Notes: generated by a model not told the origin, from the letters alone. 64,000 bases of DNA from a virus (IMGVR_UViG_2974727065_000001:1-64000), one strand, 5' to 3'. Positions 28,872 to 38,301 are shown, counted from the first letter of the stretch. Numbers and translations: made by a program.

Positions 28872-29396
28872 ATGGCACATATTTCCACTCTCGACTCTGG
28901 GGTATTCTCGTACCTCGACATCTTTAAAGGCAACATTTCCGCACTCCCTGCTGCTCCGGCTGCTGGTGACTTTGCGGCTCTGTTCAACGGTGGCGCGGCT
29001 GATACAGTCCGTATGCCTTCGGTTCGGGAATTCCCCGCAATCGGTAACGCTGCTAACATCACCAACGTTCCTGTCTTCGGTCAGAAACAGAGTTCTCAGG
29101 TGTCCGGTCAGGCTGATGCCCCGACTATGGACGTTACTGTCAACTACGTTCCTTCCGAAATGGAAGAGATCGAAAACCTGAAGAAGCAACGTGTGGCATT
29201 CCGCTTCATGATGGCTCGTGAAGAGGTCACTGTTGCCGAAGGTGCTGGTGCAACTCTGTCCAAAGAGAACACCGAGTTCTACTTTGTTGGTGTTATCGAA
29301 GCTGTTCAGGTTACTCCGTCGCTGACGGATGCTAACACTGCGGTGGTTAACATCTCGATCAAGGGTGACTTTGTTGGCCCTGCAACTATCGCCTAA
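28872..29396 (+). CDS. major tail (tube) protein
   Basis: VREFPAIG, QVSGQADAPTMDVTVNYVP. Confidence 0.8.
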   Translation: MAHISTLDSGVFSYLDIFKGNISALPAAPAAGDFAALFNGGAADTVRMPSVREFPAIGNAANITNVPVFGQKQSSQVSGQADAPTMDVTVNYVPSEMEEIENLKKQRVAFRFMMAREEVTVAEGAGATLSKENTEFYFVGVIEAVQVTPSLTDANTAVVNISIKGDFVGPATIA

Positions 29397-29417
29397 TAGG
29401 TTACGTTAAAGAGGGGG
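29396..29417 (+). promoter_or_regulatory. phage RNAP promoter (SP6-like class)
   Basis: ATAGGTTACGTTAAAGAGGGGG overlapping the tail tube stop. Confidence 0.85.
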
Positions 29418-29452
29418 AGTCCTTCGGGGTTCCTCCTCCCTATGAGGTATAC

Positions 29453-29683
29453 ATGAAAAAGAACATGAAATTCAGTAAGGCATTCGTGATGGATGCTACC
29501 TTGACCCACTCTCTCCGAGCGATTGAGATTAGCCGTAAGAAGGTTTATGCTCGTCTGAGTGAGCTTGAAGGGTCAAATGATCCTGCAACCGCAGGTGAAG
29601 TATTAGAAACACTTTCTATCCTTGAGGGATGGAAGCGAACACTTGAGAAATGGCGCGATGATAATCCGCAGCTGTTCAAATAA
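29453..29683 (+). CDS. hypothetical helical protein
   Basis: GAGGT RBS, 76 aa. Confidence 0.55.
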   Translation: MKKNMKFSKAFVMDATLTHSLRAIEISRKKVYARLSELEGSNDPATAGEVLETLSILEGWKRTLEKWRDDNPQLFK

Positions 29684-29695
29684 GGAGAAATAAGA

Positions 29696-30019
29696 ATGAA
29701 AAATCTGGTTGGTAAGCGAGTCGAGAAATCGGTAGACTTCGTTGGTGATCAAGTTGTGATCCGTAAGCTTTCGGTATCGGAAGTAATGGAAGTCCAGAAA
29801 CTCGTTGCTGAACACGGTGGTGTCAAAGAAGGTGATGATCCTTCGAACCCGATGGCACTGGTCCGTGGCGTTATCCGCCTTGGTGTCAATGGTGCTGATG
29901 AACTCACTGATGAGGACTTCGACACATTCCCGATTGACGAACTGAACACTCTCGTTTCTGCTGTTCTTGCCTTCTCCGGTATTGGAGAGGAAGCAGCAAA
30001 GGAAGCTGAGGGAAACTAA
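29696..30019 (+). CDS. tail assembly chaperone (G-like)
   Basis: VVIRKLSVSEV...EL..LV..VL; ends EGN* on slippery site. Confidence 0.8.
   Translation: MKNLVGKRVEKSVDFVGDQVVIRKLSVSEVMEVQKLVAEHGGVKEGDDPSNPMALVRGVIRLGVNGADELTDEDFDTFPIDELNTLVSAVLAFSGIGEEAAKEAEGN
30010..30016 (+). other. -1 programmed ribosomal frameshift site GGGAAAC
   Basis: X XXY YYZ heptamer just before the stop; -1 frame open to 30402. Confidence 0.8.
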
Positions 30020-30402
30020 CCGACGATGAGTTAGCTATCTACGATCTGGCTATGATGCTAGGGATTCCTGTTTACCAGATCGTAGATGAAATGCCCTATT
30101 CAGAACTGCAAGGATGGTTCAAGTATTTGAAAGTACGTCCTTACGGCTGGAGAGAAGACTACCGAGCGTGGTCCATCATGTCCAGTGTTAGTATGAATGG
30201 TGGTAAGCAGAAACCCGAAGAAGTATTTGATAGCTTGAAAGCTGTCTTCAATCACCAACGTTCTAAGAAACTTAAACTCGCTGAAGGTGCAGTCCCGCAA
30301 GGGGTATTCCTTCAGAAGATCCTCACCGCGAAGGGTGGTGATGGTCATGACTTCGCAAAAGTTATGTCTGATGCCATAGGAGGTGAAAAGAAAGATGTTT
30401 AA
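30010..30402 (+). CDS. tail assembly chaperone frameshift extension (GT-like)
   Basis: GKLTDDELAIYDLAMMLGIPV...MPYSELQGWFKY..RPYGWRED. Confidence 0.75.
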   Translation, partial: GKLTDDELAIYDLAMMLGIPVYQIVDEMPYSELQGWFKYLKVRPYGWREDYRAWSIMSSVSMNGGKQKPEEVFDSLKAVFNHQRSKKLKLAEGAVPQGVFLQKILTAKGGDGHDFAKVMSDAIGGEKKDV

Positions 30403-30703
30403 CGTAAGTTTGGATGTTGTTGACTTCCACAAGGAAATCAGGGCTGCTGCTGAAGAAGCCGAACTCATCGCTGAAGAAGATGTACAAGGTCGTATTGATC
30501 TTGCTGTAGATCTCTTGAGAAAAGTTACACCTGTTGATACAGGTTACGCACGTAGTCGTTGGAAAGTGAAACGATATCTGCTCGTTCCCGGAGGAGAGAT
30601 CACCAACGATGCTGACTATATCTTGAGACTAAACCAAGGGCATAGCCAACAGGCTCCTAAGTTCTTCATTGAACAGGCGCTTATTGCTGCTCGAATAATC
30701 TGA
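30395..30703 (+). CDS. HK97 gp10-like tail completion/neck protein
   Basis: TPVDTGYARSRW, NDADYILRLNQGHSQQAP. Confidence 0.75.
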   Translation: MFNVSLDVVDFHKEIRAAAEEAELIAEEDVQGRIDLAVDLLRKVTPVDTGYARSRWKVKRYLLVPGGEITNDADYILRLNQGHSQQAPKFFIEQALIAARII

Positions 30704-30707
30704 ATCC

Positions 30708-30751
30708 GCCCAAGATGGCCCCACTAACCGGGACTGTCTTGGGCATTTTTT
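30708..30751 (+). terminator. intrinsic terminator before tape measure gene
   Basis: GCCCAAGATGG...CTGTCTTGGGC then ATTTTTT. Confidence 0.7.
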
Positions 30752-30767
30752 ATAAAGGAGAAACCGT

Positions 30768-33700
30768 ATGGTTGATACACCGAACCGTAAAGGTGTTCGC
30801 ATCAAGGTTACTGCGGATACCGCAAAGGCCCGTGCTGACATCAACAAACTTAACGGCACGTTTCGGACGGTAGAAACGGGTGCTGCCCGTGCTGCTAATA
30901 ACATCAAACGAATTGCGGTCTCTCTTGGTGCTGCTTTTGCTGGCGGCGCTGCTGTACGTGGGATTAACCGCGCTACTGACAGCTTCGTTGATATGGAGAA
31001 CCAAGTCGCTCTCGTTGTAGGGCGTACTGACCAACTCCAAAAGCAAATGGATGAGATTTACAAGATCTCTTTGAAGACCAAAGCTCCGGTATCTGCTACG
31101 GCAGAATCCTTCTCGCGTATGGGCCGTGCTCTCGCTGACTCTGGTGCCTCGATTGAGGACATCAACAAAGCGGTTGTCACCCTGAACAAAGCCTCGACTA
31201 TCTCTGGTGGTTCTGTAGAATCCCAGAAAGCAGCTATCTTCCAGCTGGGTCAGGGTCTTGCTTCGGGTACTGTTCGTGGTCAGGAACTTAACTCGGTGAT
31301 GGAACAGCTTCCTCGTGTCGCTAAAGCTATCGCTGATGAGTTGGGTGTCGGTCTTGGTGGACTCCGCGCTCTCGCTGAAGAGGGTGAGGTGACTACTGAG
31401 GTTGTCTTCAAAGCTATGTTGAATCAGGCTGAGAAAGTGAACGCTGAATTCGGAAACATTCAGTTGACTTCCTCGAAAGCAATGGTTCTTCTGATCGATC
31501 AGGTCAAACGACTGACTGCTGACATTAGTAAAGCTACTGGCTTCACTGATGCCTTCACTCAACGGATTGTCAAGCTGACTGACTATCTGGCTGGGAACCG
31601 GGAAAGTATTGTTTCTGGTGTGGTCGAAACCCGTGACAAAATCAAAGAGCTTATCGGAAGCTTCAAAGAACTAGCTACCCTTGATGTTGCCCGTTCTTTT
31701 GCTGTTGATACGTTCTCGTCCGTGCGTAGTCTCGCACAACAGTACCTTGGAGACGCTGAAGACTATATCCGTGGTTGGTCTCAACGGATTACTAACTACT
31801 TCTTTGAAATCTATGATGAAGTGATTGGTAACTCGTGGTGGACTGATACAGTAATCGAAACCTATGAACTCGCCCAGACGTACTTGTCCAAAGCTGATGG
31901 TGTTGTCGGAAAGTTCCGTGACTCTGTAATCAGTAAGTTTGAGGACATCTATTCTAGTTCCTCTCGTGGGTTCAACTTTAACGTATCAGCTACGATCGAA
32001 TCGGCTGGTAGCTTGCAAAACAAGATCATTGAGGTAGTTGCAGAAGGTATCCGACGTGGTGCTGCTGCAATCTCAAGTATCGCTCCTACTATTCGGAAGT
32101 CTATGGAAGTGGCCCTCGCTGGTGCTTTCGTTGCTGTGTTCTCTACTGGGAGTATCACAAAGAGCCTTTCGAAACTCGCTAACAAACTCTCCCCTCTGTT
32201 GTTCCTCGGTCTGGCTGCAAAGTTGGTAGAAGCAGTTGGTTCACCTTCTGTGTTCGCTGCCTTTGGCTTCCTTGCGGGTGAATTCACAGGTCAGGTTGTA
32301 AACACCTTTATCTCCGCAATCCCTGAGATTGTCACAGGTCTGGTGTCCGGTCTGGCAGGTGGTATCTATGGTTTGGTAAGTGAAGCAGGTGTACTTGGTG
32401 GTACGGCCTTCGCTGTAACTGCTGGTCTCATTATGAGCAAATCCTTCCGTGGTCTGGCTGTTGATCTGACTAAAGCCTTCGCTGGTGGTACAGGTTTCTT
32501 CGGAAACGGTAGCAGTGCTGCGGCTCGTCTCTTTGATCCAAAGGCTCGAAAGGAAATGTTCAAAGACCTTGGTGGGGCTTTCCGTAACCTGACCTTTAGC
32601 TCCATCCTGATTGCAGACAATGCTCTTGGTGCCTTGGCAGACACTTCTGCAAGGACTGCCCGGATCAATAATGCAACTTTGGCTCCGTCCTTCAACACGA
32701 TCGGTCGCGCGGCTAACTTTGCTCGTCTCAAGACTCTTGGTCTTGCTGCGGCAATCACTCTCGCTGCTACTTCGGCTTTTGCTGGAACTGGTGGTGAAGG
32801 TGGCGGTGGCGGTCTTACTGAAGTCGCCCTGTTGATCGGCTCTTCGCTGATCGGGCCTGAGATCGTTAACCTTGTAGGTAAAGGGTTCCGGCTCCTTGGT
32901 CGTACTGCAGCTTTCTCTTTCGTTGGTGGCCTCCTGACTTCCATCGGGACTGCTATTGCGGGGGCTGTCGCTGGGATCGTTGCTGCGATCACTGCACCAA
33001 TTACCCTTGCTATTGCAGGTATTGTGGCTGCTGGTGGTATCGCTTATGTGATGCTCTTCGGTGAAGGTGACAGCTTCATGGCGAAAGTCAAGGACGTGAT
33101 CAATGATGTGAAAGCAGAGTTCAACCTCTTGAACGTCTCTACGTTTGCTGCATCGAAAGATTTCAGTTCTCGTATTGGTCGCTTGGGTAATCAGGGTCAA
33201 CTCGGCTCGAACCGTTTCTTGAACAATCGGACTGAAGATCGTTTGCAGAACCTCAACTTCTTGTCTCTTGACGACTCTACCGCTCGTGAGCTTCTGGAAG
33301 CTACCTCTCGACTTGAGCAGGTGTCCCAGAAAGCAGCACAGGAGGAGGCTCGTTACAACCAGGTAAGTGAGGGTACTCGGAAGCAGATCCTTGCTGCGCA
33401 GAGAGCACTCTTGGAGGCTACGGAAGCGGCAGAGGGCAACCAAGCAACACTTGGTCAGACCTTCTCTGATTCTCTCAGCCAAGCTATTGCAAGTGAACAA
33501 GGTGCGCTGAACCTCACTTCGGAGGCTATCACAAGTGCTTTCCTTCCGTTCCTGCTCAACCAAGAGTCTCGAAACCGTAGGGAAATCATGGATCTTGTAC
33601 AAGGGAACAACCTTGAGACGATGGATGATATCCGGGTTCTCTTGGATAACCTTGCTGTTCAAGATCCTGCTCAACTGGCAACGATCATGGGTGAGAATGT

Positions 33701-35735
33701 AGCGAATGCTGTTCTTCAACTCCGTGGACAGACTCTTGATAAACAGTCTCTTGATGCGTTCTCTTCGCTTGTTGCTGCCCAATCTACGGGTGATGCAAAG
33801 CTGATCGAGCGTGCTGTTAAAGACTTTAACGATACGATGGCTGAGGCTCCTCAAAGGTTTGCTGCCGCTGTGGAGGAACGTTCGATTGATACACTGCGGA
33901 ACTTCCGTGATGTGTCTAACCAAGAACTGGCTAACATCGATCGTGGTGAACTCTTCAACATCACTAAGCTGATCAACCTGTTGTCTGGTGCTGAACGCCA
34001 GCTTGAGAATGCTATCAACAACCGTACTCAGTTCTCGGACCAAGAACGGGCTGATCGTGCTCAACGGGTGCAAGCTCTGGAAGCAGAACTCAGCCTTGCC
34101 TTTGAACGGGCTGTTCAGACCGGGATTGACTCTGCGGACTTCACTGACTTGACCAACCGTCTTCTTGATGCTGGTTTGGATGAAGGTCTTGCTAACCGTC
34201 TTTCCTTCTCTGGTCAAACAGATGAGATTGGTATCTTGTCTGGTGCTCTCCGTGAAGTTGAGAAACAGATTGAGGACATCGAGTCTGGTGCAGTAAAGTG
34301 GAACAAAGCTACTGAACAACAGTTGGCGGTTCTGAAGCTCACTCAGGCAAGCCTCCAAGACCAGTTCACAGCCATTGCCTCTATCAAGGAAATTCAAGAC
34401 ATCAAACCTGATGAGATTGAAGATCTCTTGGCAGAAGCTATTGCGATCTCTGGTCTGGATATCGACCTCGACCAACTGTTCAAGGTTGATCCTAACACCC
34501 GTAAAGAGATTGCTGAACTGGCTGCTAACGTTCTGGCTCTTCGTGTTGCTGCGAATGCAAACACTGAAGGTACTCTTGGCGCTGCTGGTGCTGACTCACA
34601 AGTTGATGCTGTAGCTCAAATCGAAGCTGCCTCGGCTCGGATCAAAGGTATCTTCAAGGGTCTGGGTAACTCTATCACTAAAGGTGTTGGTGGTGCAGCT
34701 AAAGCTATGACTGACTTTGAACGCCTTGTTCAAGGTACTGGTCTGGCGATCGAGTCGGCTGTACAACTTGGTGCGAAAGAGGCCTCGAACATTGTTTCCT
34801 CGCTGAAGCAAATCGAGACTGCTGAGAAAGCGATCAACAAGCTCGCCCTGAGCAACGTTGAAGCGCGTCGTCAACAGTATGCTCTGATTGAGAAGCAACG
34901 CCAAGCTATCTCGGATATTCTTCTGAGTGGTAACGTTGGCCAAGCCCAAGCTGGTCTGTCGAGTCTGGGTCTTGATCCAGAGGTTGCCTTCAGAGGTCCA
35001 GAAGCGATCAACGAAGCACTTCGCTTGAATGAGTTGTACCGTGAACGGAATGAGCTTGATGTGAACAACGTCGAAGCAATCCGTCAGAAAACTCGTGAGA
35101 TCGAACGCCAAGAAGAACTCTTGAAAGGATTGGTGGAGAACACTAACGAAATGAAAGAGAACTTCGGCCAGAGCCTTCAAGAAAGCATTTCGAGTGTACT
35201 CAAAGGTGGAAGCCTGAAAGACGCATTCTTCAGCTTGCTTGATGGTCTCACCAATGACATCATCGATAACTTTGCTCAAGGACTTGCTGACTCCCTCATG
35301 GACTCCGACATGTTCAAGAACTTGTTTGACAGTCTCCTCAACCCGGATACCTTCAAGGGTCTTGGTGAAGGACTGATGAACATCTTCAAAGGCATCGGTG
35401 GAGGCGGTGGAGGTGGTCTCTTCAGCTTCCTTGGTAGCCTCTTCGGTGGCTTCAAGTTCTTTGATGTAGGTGGTACGGTTCCGTTCGTACCCGGTGCTCA
35501 ACACGGTAAAGACTCTGTCCCTGCCATGCTGAAACCCGGTGAACGTGTTCTGTCCAAGAATGATATCAGGAATGGTCAACGTGGTGCTCGCGGTGGTTCC
35601 AACACCTCTACCTTCAACATTGAAGTTACTGGTGACATCACCCGTCAGACGCGTCGTGAGATCATGGATATGATTCCTCAGATTGCTCAAAGCGTGAATG
35701 CTGAGAACAAAGAACTCAACTACCAATATCGGTAA
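30768..35735 (+). CDS. tail tape measure protein
   Basis: N-terminal tape-measure domain (QLGQGLASGTVRGQELNSVMEQLP), central hydrophobic region, C-terminal GG.VP...DSVPAMLKPGERVL. Confidence 0.93.
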   Translation: MVDTPNRKGVRIKVTADTAKARADINKLNGTFRTVETGAARAANNIKRIAVSLGAAFAGGAAVRGINRATDSFVDMENQVALVVGRTDQLQKQMDEIYKISLKTKAPVSATAESFSRMGRALADSGASIEDINKAVVTLNKASTISGGSVESQKAAIFQLGQGLASGTVRGQELNSVMEQLPRVAKAIADELGVGLGGLRALAEEGEVTTEVVFKAMLNQAEKVNAEFGNIQLTSSKAMVLLIDQVKRLTADISKATGFTDAFTQRIVKLTDYLAGNRESIVSGVVETRDKIKELIGSFKELATLDVARSFAVDTFSSVRSLAQQYLGDAEDYIRGWSQRITNYFFEIYDEVIGNSWWTDTVIETYELAQTYLSKADGVVGKFRDSVISKFEDIYSSSSRGFNFNVSATIESAGSLQNKIIEVVAEGIRRGAAAISSIAPTIRKSMEVALAGAFVAVFSTGSITKSLSKLANKLSPLLFLGLAAKLVEAVGSPSVFAAFGFLAGEFTGQVVNTFISAIPEIVTGLVSGLAGGIYGLVSEAGVLGGTAFAVTAGLIMSKSFRGLAVDLTKAFAGGTGFFGNGSSAAARLFDPKARKEMFKDLGGAFRNLTFSSILIADNALGALADTSARTARINNATLAPSFNTIGRAANFARLKTLGLAAAITLAATSAFAGTGGEGGGGGLTEVALLIGSSLIGPEIVNLVGKGFRLLGRTAAFSFVGGLLTSIGTAIAGAVAGIVAAITAPITLAIAGIVAAGGIAYVMLFGEGDSFMAKVKDVINDVKAEFNLLNVSTFAASKDFSSRIGRLGNQGQLGSNRFLNNRTEDRLQNLNFLSLDDSTARELLEATSRLEQVSQKAAQEEARYNQVSEGTRKQILAAQRALLEATEAAEGNQATLGQTFSDSLSQAIASEQGALNLTSEAITSAFLPFLLNQESRNRREIMDLVQGNNLETMDDIRVLLDNLAVQDPAQLATIMGENVANAVLQLRGQTLDKQSLDAFSSLVAAQSTGDAKLIERAVKDFNDTMAEAPQRFAAAVEERSIDTLRNFRDVSNQELANIDRGELFNITKLINLLSGAERQLENAINNRTQFSDQERADRAQRVQALEAELSLAFERAVQTGIDSADFTDLTNRLLDAGLDEGLANRLSFSGQTDEIGILSGALREVEKQIEDIESGAVKWNKATEQQLAVLKLTQASLQDQFTAIASIKEIQDIKPDEIEDLLAEAIAISGLDIDLDQLFKVDPNTRKEIAELAANVLALRVAANANTEGTLGAAGADSQVDAVAQIEAASARIKGIFKGLGNSITKGVGGAAKAMTDFERLVQGTGLAIESAVQLGAKEASNIVSSLKQIETAEKAINKLALSNVEARRQQYALIEKQRQAISDILLSGNVGQAQAGLSSLGLDPEVAFRGPEAINEALRLNELYRERNELDVNNVEAIRQKTREIERQEELLKGLVENTNEMKENFGQSLQESISSVLKGGSLKDAFFSLLDGLTNDIIDNFAQGLADSLMDSDMFKNLFDSLLNPDTFKGLGEGLMNIFKGIGGGGGGGLFSFLGSLFGGFKFFDVGGTVPFVPGAQHGKDSVPAMLKPGERVLSKNDIRNGQRGARGGSNTSTFNIEVTGDITRQTRREIMDMIPQIAQSVNAENKELNYQYR

Positions 35736-35744
35736 AACTATTGT

Positions 35745-35773
35745 GGTCATCCCTTCGGGGGTGGCCCTTTTTT
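35745..35773 (+). terminator. intrinsic terminator ending the late region
   Basis: GGTCATCCC-TTCG-GGGGTGGCC then CTTTTTT. Confidence 0.85.
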
Positions 35774-35789
35774 ACCAAAAACGCACCCA

Positions 35790-35821
35790 AAAAAGTGAGA
35801 AAACTAAGGCATCTATAATGA
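35790..35821 (+). promoter_or_regulatory. early promoter-like 32-bp repeat, copy 1
   Basis: AAAAAGTGAGAAAACTAAGGCATCTATAATGA, identical to 36237-36268. Confidence 0.75.
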
Positions 35822-35843
35822 AGAAACCATGAAAGGAAGTAAT

Positions 35844-36245
35844 ATGAACTTCGCAATTCGTCACCCTCAAATCCAGAACCTCATTGACCTTGCAATGGCT
35901 TACGGTGCCGGAGACAAGAAGATCCTCGAACTCCAACTGGACATTGTTCGTCGATCTTGTATGATGGAGTGTGAACCCCATGCAAACCTGATTGTACTTC
36001 CGGGCTGTGAACTCGGTTACATGGAAGGTATTCCGGGCGTCCTTCAGAAGTATCGGGAGAACATCCGGTATGCTGATGCAGTTGTTCTGGACCAAGGGGA
36101 TCTGTGGTACGTCATCAAAGATCGTTTTGCTGGACGCCACGGGCCTATCTCGGACGACTACTTCCGTCGTCTTTTTGTACGAGAGTGTAACAACGCTCTG
36201 CGCCAACGTCAAGAACTTTGGAGGGAAAAGACCCAGAAAAAGTGA
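35844..36245 (+). CDS. first early hypothetical protein
   Basis: AAGGAAG RBS before ATG 35844. Confidence 0.6.
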   Translation: MNFAIRHPQIQNLIDLAMAYGAGDKKILELQLDIVRRSCMMECEPHANLIVLPGCELGYMEGIPGVLQKYRENIRYADAVVLDQGDLWYVIKDRFAGRHGPISDDYFRRLFVRECNNALRQRQELWREKTQKK

Positions 36246-36268
36246 GAAAACTAAGGCATCTATAATGA
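36237..36268 (+). promoter_or_regulatory. early promoter-like 32-bp repeat, copy 2
   Basis: Identical to 35790-35821. Confidence 0.75.
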
Positions 36269-36373
36269 TAGAATGAAATCTATCAGCAACAAAACCTGAT
36301 CACAAGAGCACAGAACAAGAATCTACAAAAAGAAGTTGTGCCAAGTGGATCTATCAAACCAAAGGAACTCGAA

Positions 36374-36676
36374 ATGAAAAAGATCCTCGCAGTCGTGAAA
36401 GCGACAGTCACCACCCTCAAGAAGAAGCTCCATGCGGTTCTGATGAAGATCCGCGCCGTGAAGGACCGTGTATTGGACCGTCGCGCTGGAGTTACCGTCG
36501 CTGTAACTCAGTACACCGATGCTCACAAGACACTTCAGGTTCTCGTTGAAGAGCGTAACGCCCGTAACAAGGCTGAGTCTGAAGAACTGAACTGGGCCAT
36601 GCATCACAGCAAGCCTCGTAAACCCCGGAAGACCAAACCTCTTCGTCGTAAACTCAACAAAGGAAAAGCACAATGA
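36374..36676 (+). CDS. basic early hypothetical protein
   Basis: AAGGAA RBS; K/R-rich. Confidence 0.6.
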   Translation: MKKILAVVKATVTTLKKKLHAVLMKIRAVKDRVLDRRAGVTVAVTQYTDAHKTLQVLVEERNARNKAESEELNWAMHHSKPRKPRKTKPLRRKLNKGKAQ

Positions 36677-37113
36677 TCCGTGTAATCAAAGCAATCGCTC
36701 GTGGAATTCGCAAAGTCGGTTCTGCAATCCGTAACAACCGTGTTTCGAAGTTCGTTCGTAGCAAGGTTCGTAACTACCCTGTGATTCGGACAGTTCTCAT
36801 TCTGGCCGCAATCATCGCACCTGTTCTGGGTGGCGTTGCTCTGACCCCTATGATGTTCGATGCAATGCTGAAGTCCTTGCCTTTGGTCGGTATCCTGATC
36901 TCGGCAACCCTGACCTTCTGCATCATCGAAGCAGTTGTGTTTTTCAAGGCTGGTAACATCCGTCTGTGGTGGCTGTATGTCACTGGTTTTGTTCGTCACG
37001 TCCTGACACTCTCAGTGACGCTGATGATCGTAACTCACCTGATGGTTCCCTTCCTGATGATCTTCGGGATGGTAACTCTCGCCTTTTACTTCCTCAACGG
37101 ATTGGTGATCTAA
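36673..37113 (+). CDS. early multi-pass membrane protein
   Basis: Basic N-terminus followed by about four hydrophobic segments. Confidence 0.65.
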   Translation: MIRVIKAIARGIRKVGSAIRNNRVSKFVRSKVRNYPVIRTVLILAAIIAPVLGGVALTPMMFDAMLKSLPLVGILISATLTFCIIEAVVFFKAGNIRLWWLYVTGFVRHVLTLSVTLMIVTHLMVPFLMIFGMVTLAFYFLNGLVI

Positions 37114-37284
37114 ATGTGGAAAATAACGAAATGTATCTTGCTTACGATCTTCATGTTAGGTTGTTTGACAGTTCTTGGCCTCGCTAAGATGTTGGACATC
37201 CTCTTGGGGGTCTTGAGCTGGTGCAATCAAAGAAGGAGACTTTCTATGATTCATCGAAAAGATACCGGAGCGGGGCAATACTGA
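37114..37284 (+). CDS. small membrane protein (56 aa)
   Basis: ATG directly after upstream TAA; CILLTIFMLGCLTVLGL. Confidence 0.4.
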   Translation: MWKITKCILLTIFMLGCLTVLGLAKMLDILLGVLSWCNQRRRLSMIHRKDTGAGQY

Positions 37285-37285
37285 A

Positions 37286-37447
37286 TTGCTTACTCTGGTT
37301 GTTGGATCTCTAATAAAACTCGTCATGGGCGTTCTTGTCAATCTTTTAGCTGAACGTATCATGAAGTTCATCTCACCTATGCTTGAAGCTCTGATCAAGA
37401 GAAGTCTCTGGTGGGCAATGAGAAACGTATCCGCAACCTTTGTTTGA
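37286..37447 (+). CDS. small hydrophobic protein (53 aa, TTG start)
   Basis: GGAG upstream; LLTLVVGSLIKLVMGVLVNLL. Confidence 0.35.
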   Translation: MLTLVVGSLIKLVMGVLVNLLAERIMKFISPMLEALIKRSLWWAMRNVSATFV

Positions 37448-37626
37448 ATGTCGCTGTAGTGCCTATGTGCAGAGCGTAGGATCGGGCATTCTCAAAGATG
37501 ATGGCGCAGGTTCCCTTAGTTGGGTGCCTTAAACTCTATAACACCAAGTGGTAAACGCCAAGCTGGCAACCGTCAAACGACACACCGTAATGGAATCGCC
37601 CTAAGTGGCACTGAAAGGAACTAACT

Positions 37627-37953
37627 ATGACTTACCGTTTTTACCGTGGCTGCAGCATGACTGAAGCAAAAGAACTGGTCGGTGGGATCCAAACTAAGGA
37701 CTTCACCCACTGGACTGACAGCGGAGAAAAGGCTGCGATGTATGCACGTCGCTACAAGGATGGGGCGATCGTCTGCTTTGAAGTTGATGAACTCCCTGTT
37801 CACTGGAATACTCGTAAGAGTGTTGCCGAAGGTGATGCTGTTCACGGGAACATCCCGGAATGGCGTATCCCTCGTCAATATTTCAATCAGGACCGGGGTC
37901 TTTGGTGCATGACCGAAGAAGCTCGTATCTTCCTGCCGACCGACTTCCAGTAA
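37627..37953 (+). CDS. putative ADP-ribosyltransferase-fold protein
   Basis: FYRG...THWTDS.EKAAMYA...GAIVCFEV...IPEW spacing resembles R-S-E ART motifs. Confidence 0.45.
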   Translation: MTYRFYRGCSMTEAKELVGGIQTKDFTHWTDSGEKAAMYARRYKDGAIVCFEVDELPVHWNTRKSVAEGDAVHGNIPEWRIPRQYFNQDRGLWCMTEEARIFLPTDFQ

Positions 37954-37986
37954 GACCCAAACCCAAACCCTAGTAGGAGACAAACA

Positions 37987-38301
37987 ATGTACAACTTCTT
38001 CAACATCATTCGTGCCGAAAACGCAGCCCTGAATCGTGGTCAGTTCCTCGTTGGGATGCTCTATGTCTTCGGTATGATGCTTCTGTTCTTGCTTGCAGAG
38101 TCCGAAGCTTCGGCAATCTCGATCATCGCTGTGCTGGCGGCAATCTATGTCCGCACAGTGATTAGCTTCAAACGACTCAATGATCTCGGACATCATTGGG
38201 CCTTCCTGATTCTCGGCTTCATCCCGATTGTCGAAACTATCTTCCTCGTTTATCTGGCAGCAATGCCCGGTAAAGAAAACAACCGTAGTGTCTTGAGCTA
38301 A
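37987..38301 (+). CDS. DUF805-family membrane protein
   Basis: LNRGQF...SFKRLNDLG..WAFLIL.FIPIV...LAAMPG. Confidence 0.8.
   Translation: MYNFFNIIRAENAALNRGQFLVGMLYVFGMMLLFLLAESEASAISIIAVLAAIYVRTVISFKRLNDLGHHWAFLILGFIPIVETIFLVYLAAMPGKENNRSVLS

Noticed and set aside
32241-34475. Long minus-strand ORFs (also 8644-10338, 26350-27588, 34596-35750, 56351-57394)
   Set aside because: Antisense shadows of codon-biased plus-strand genes; no recognisable motifs; all promoter copies I found are on the + strand
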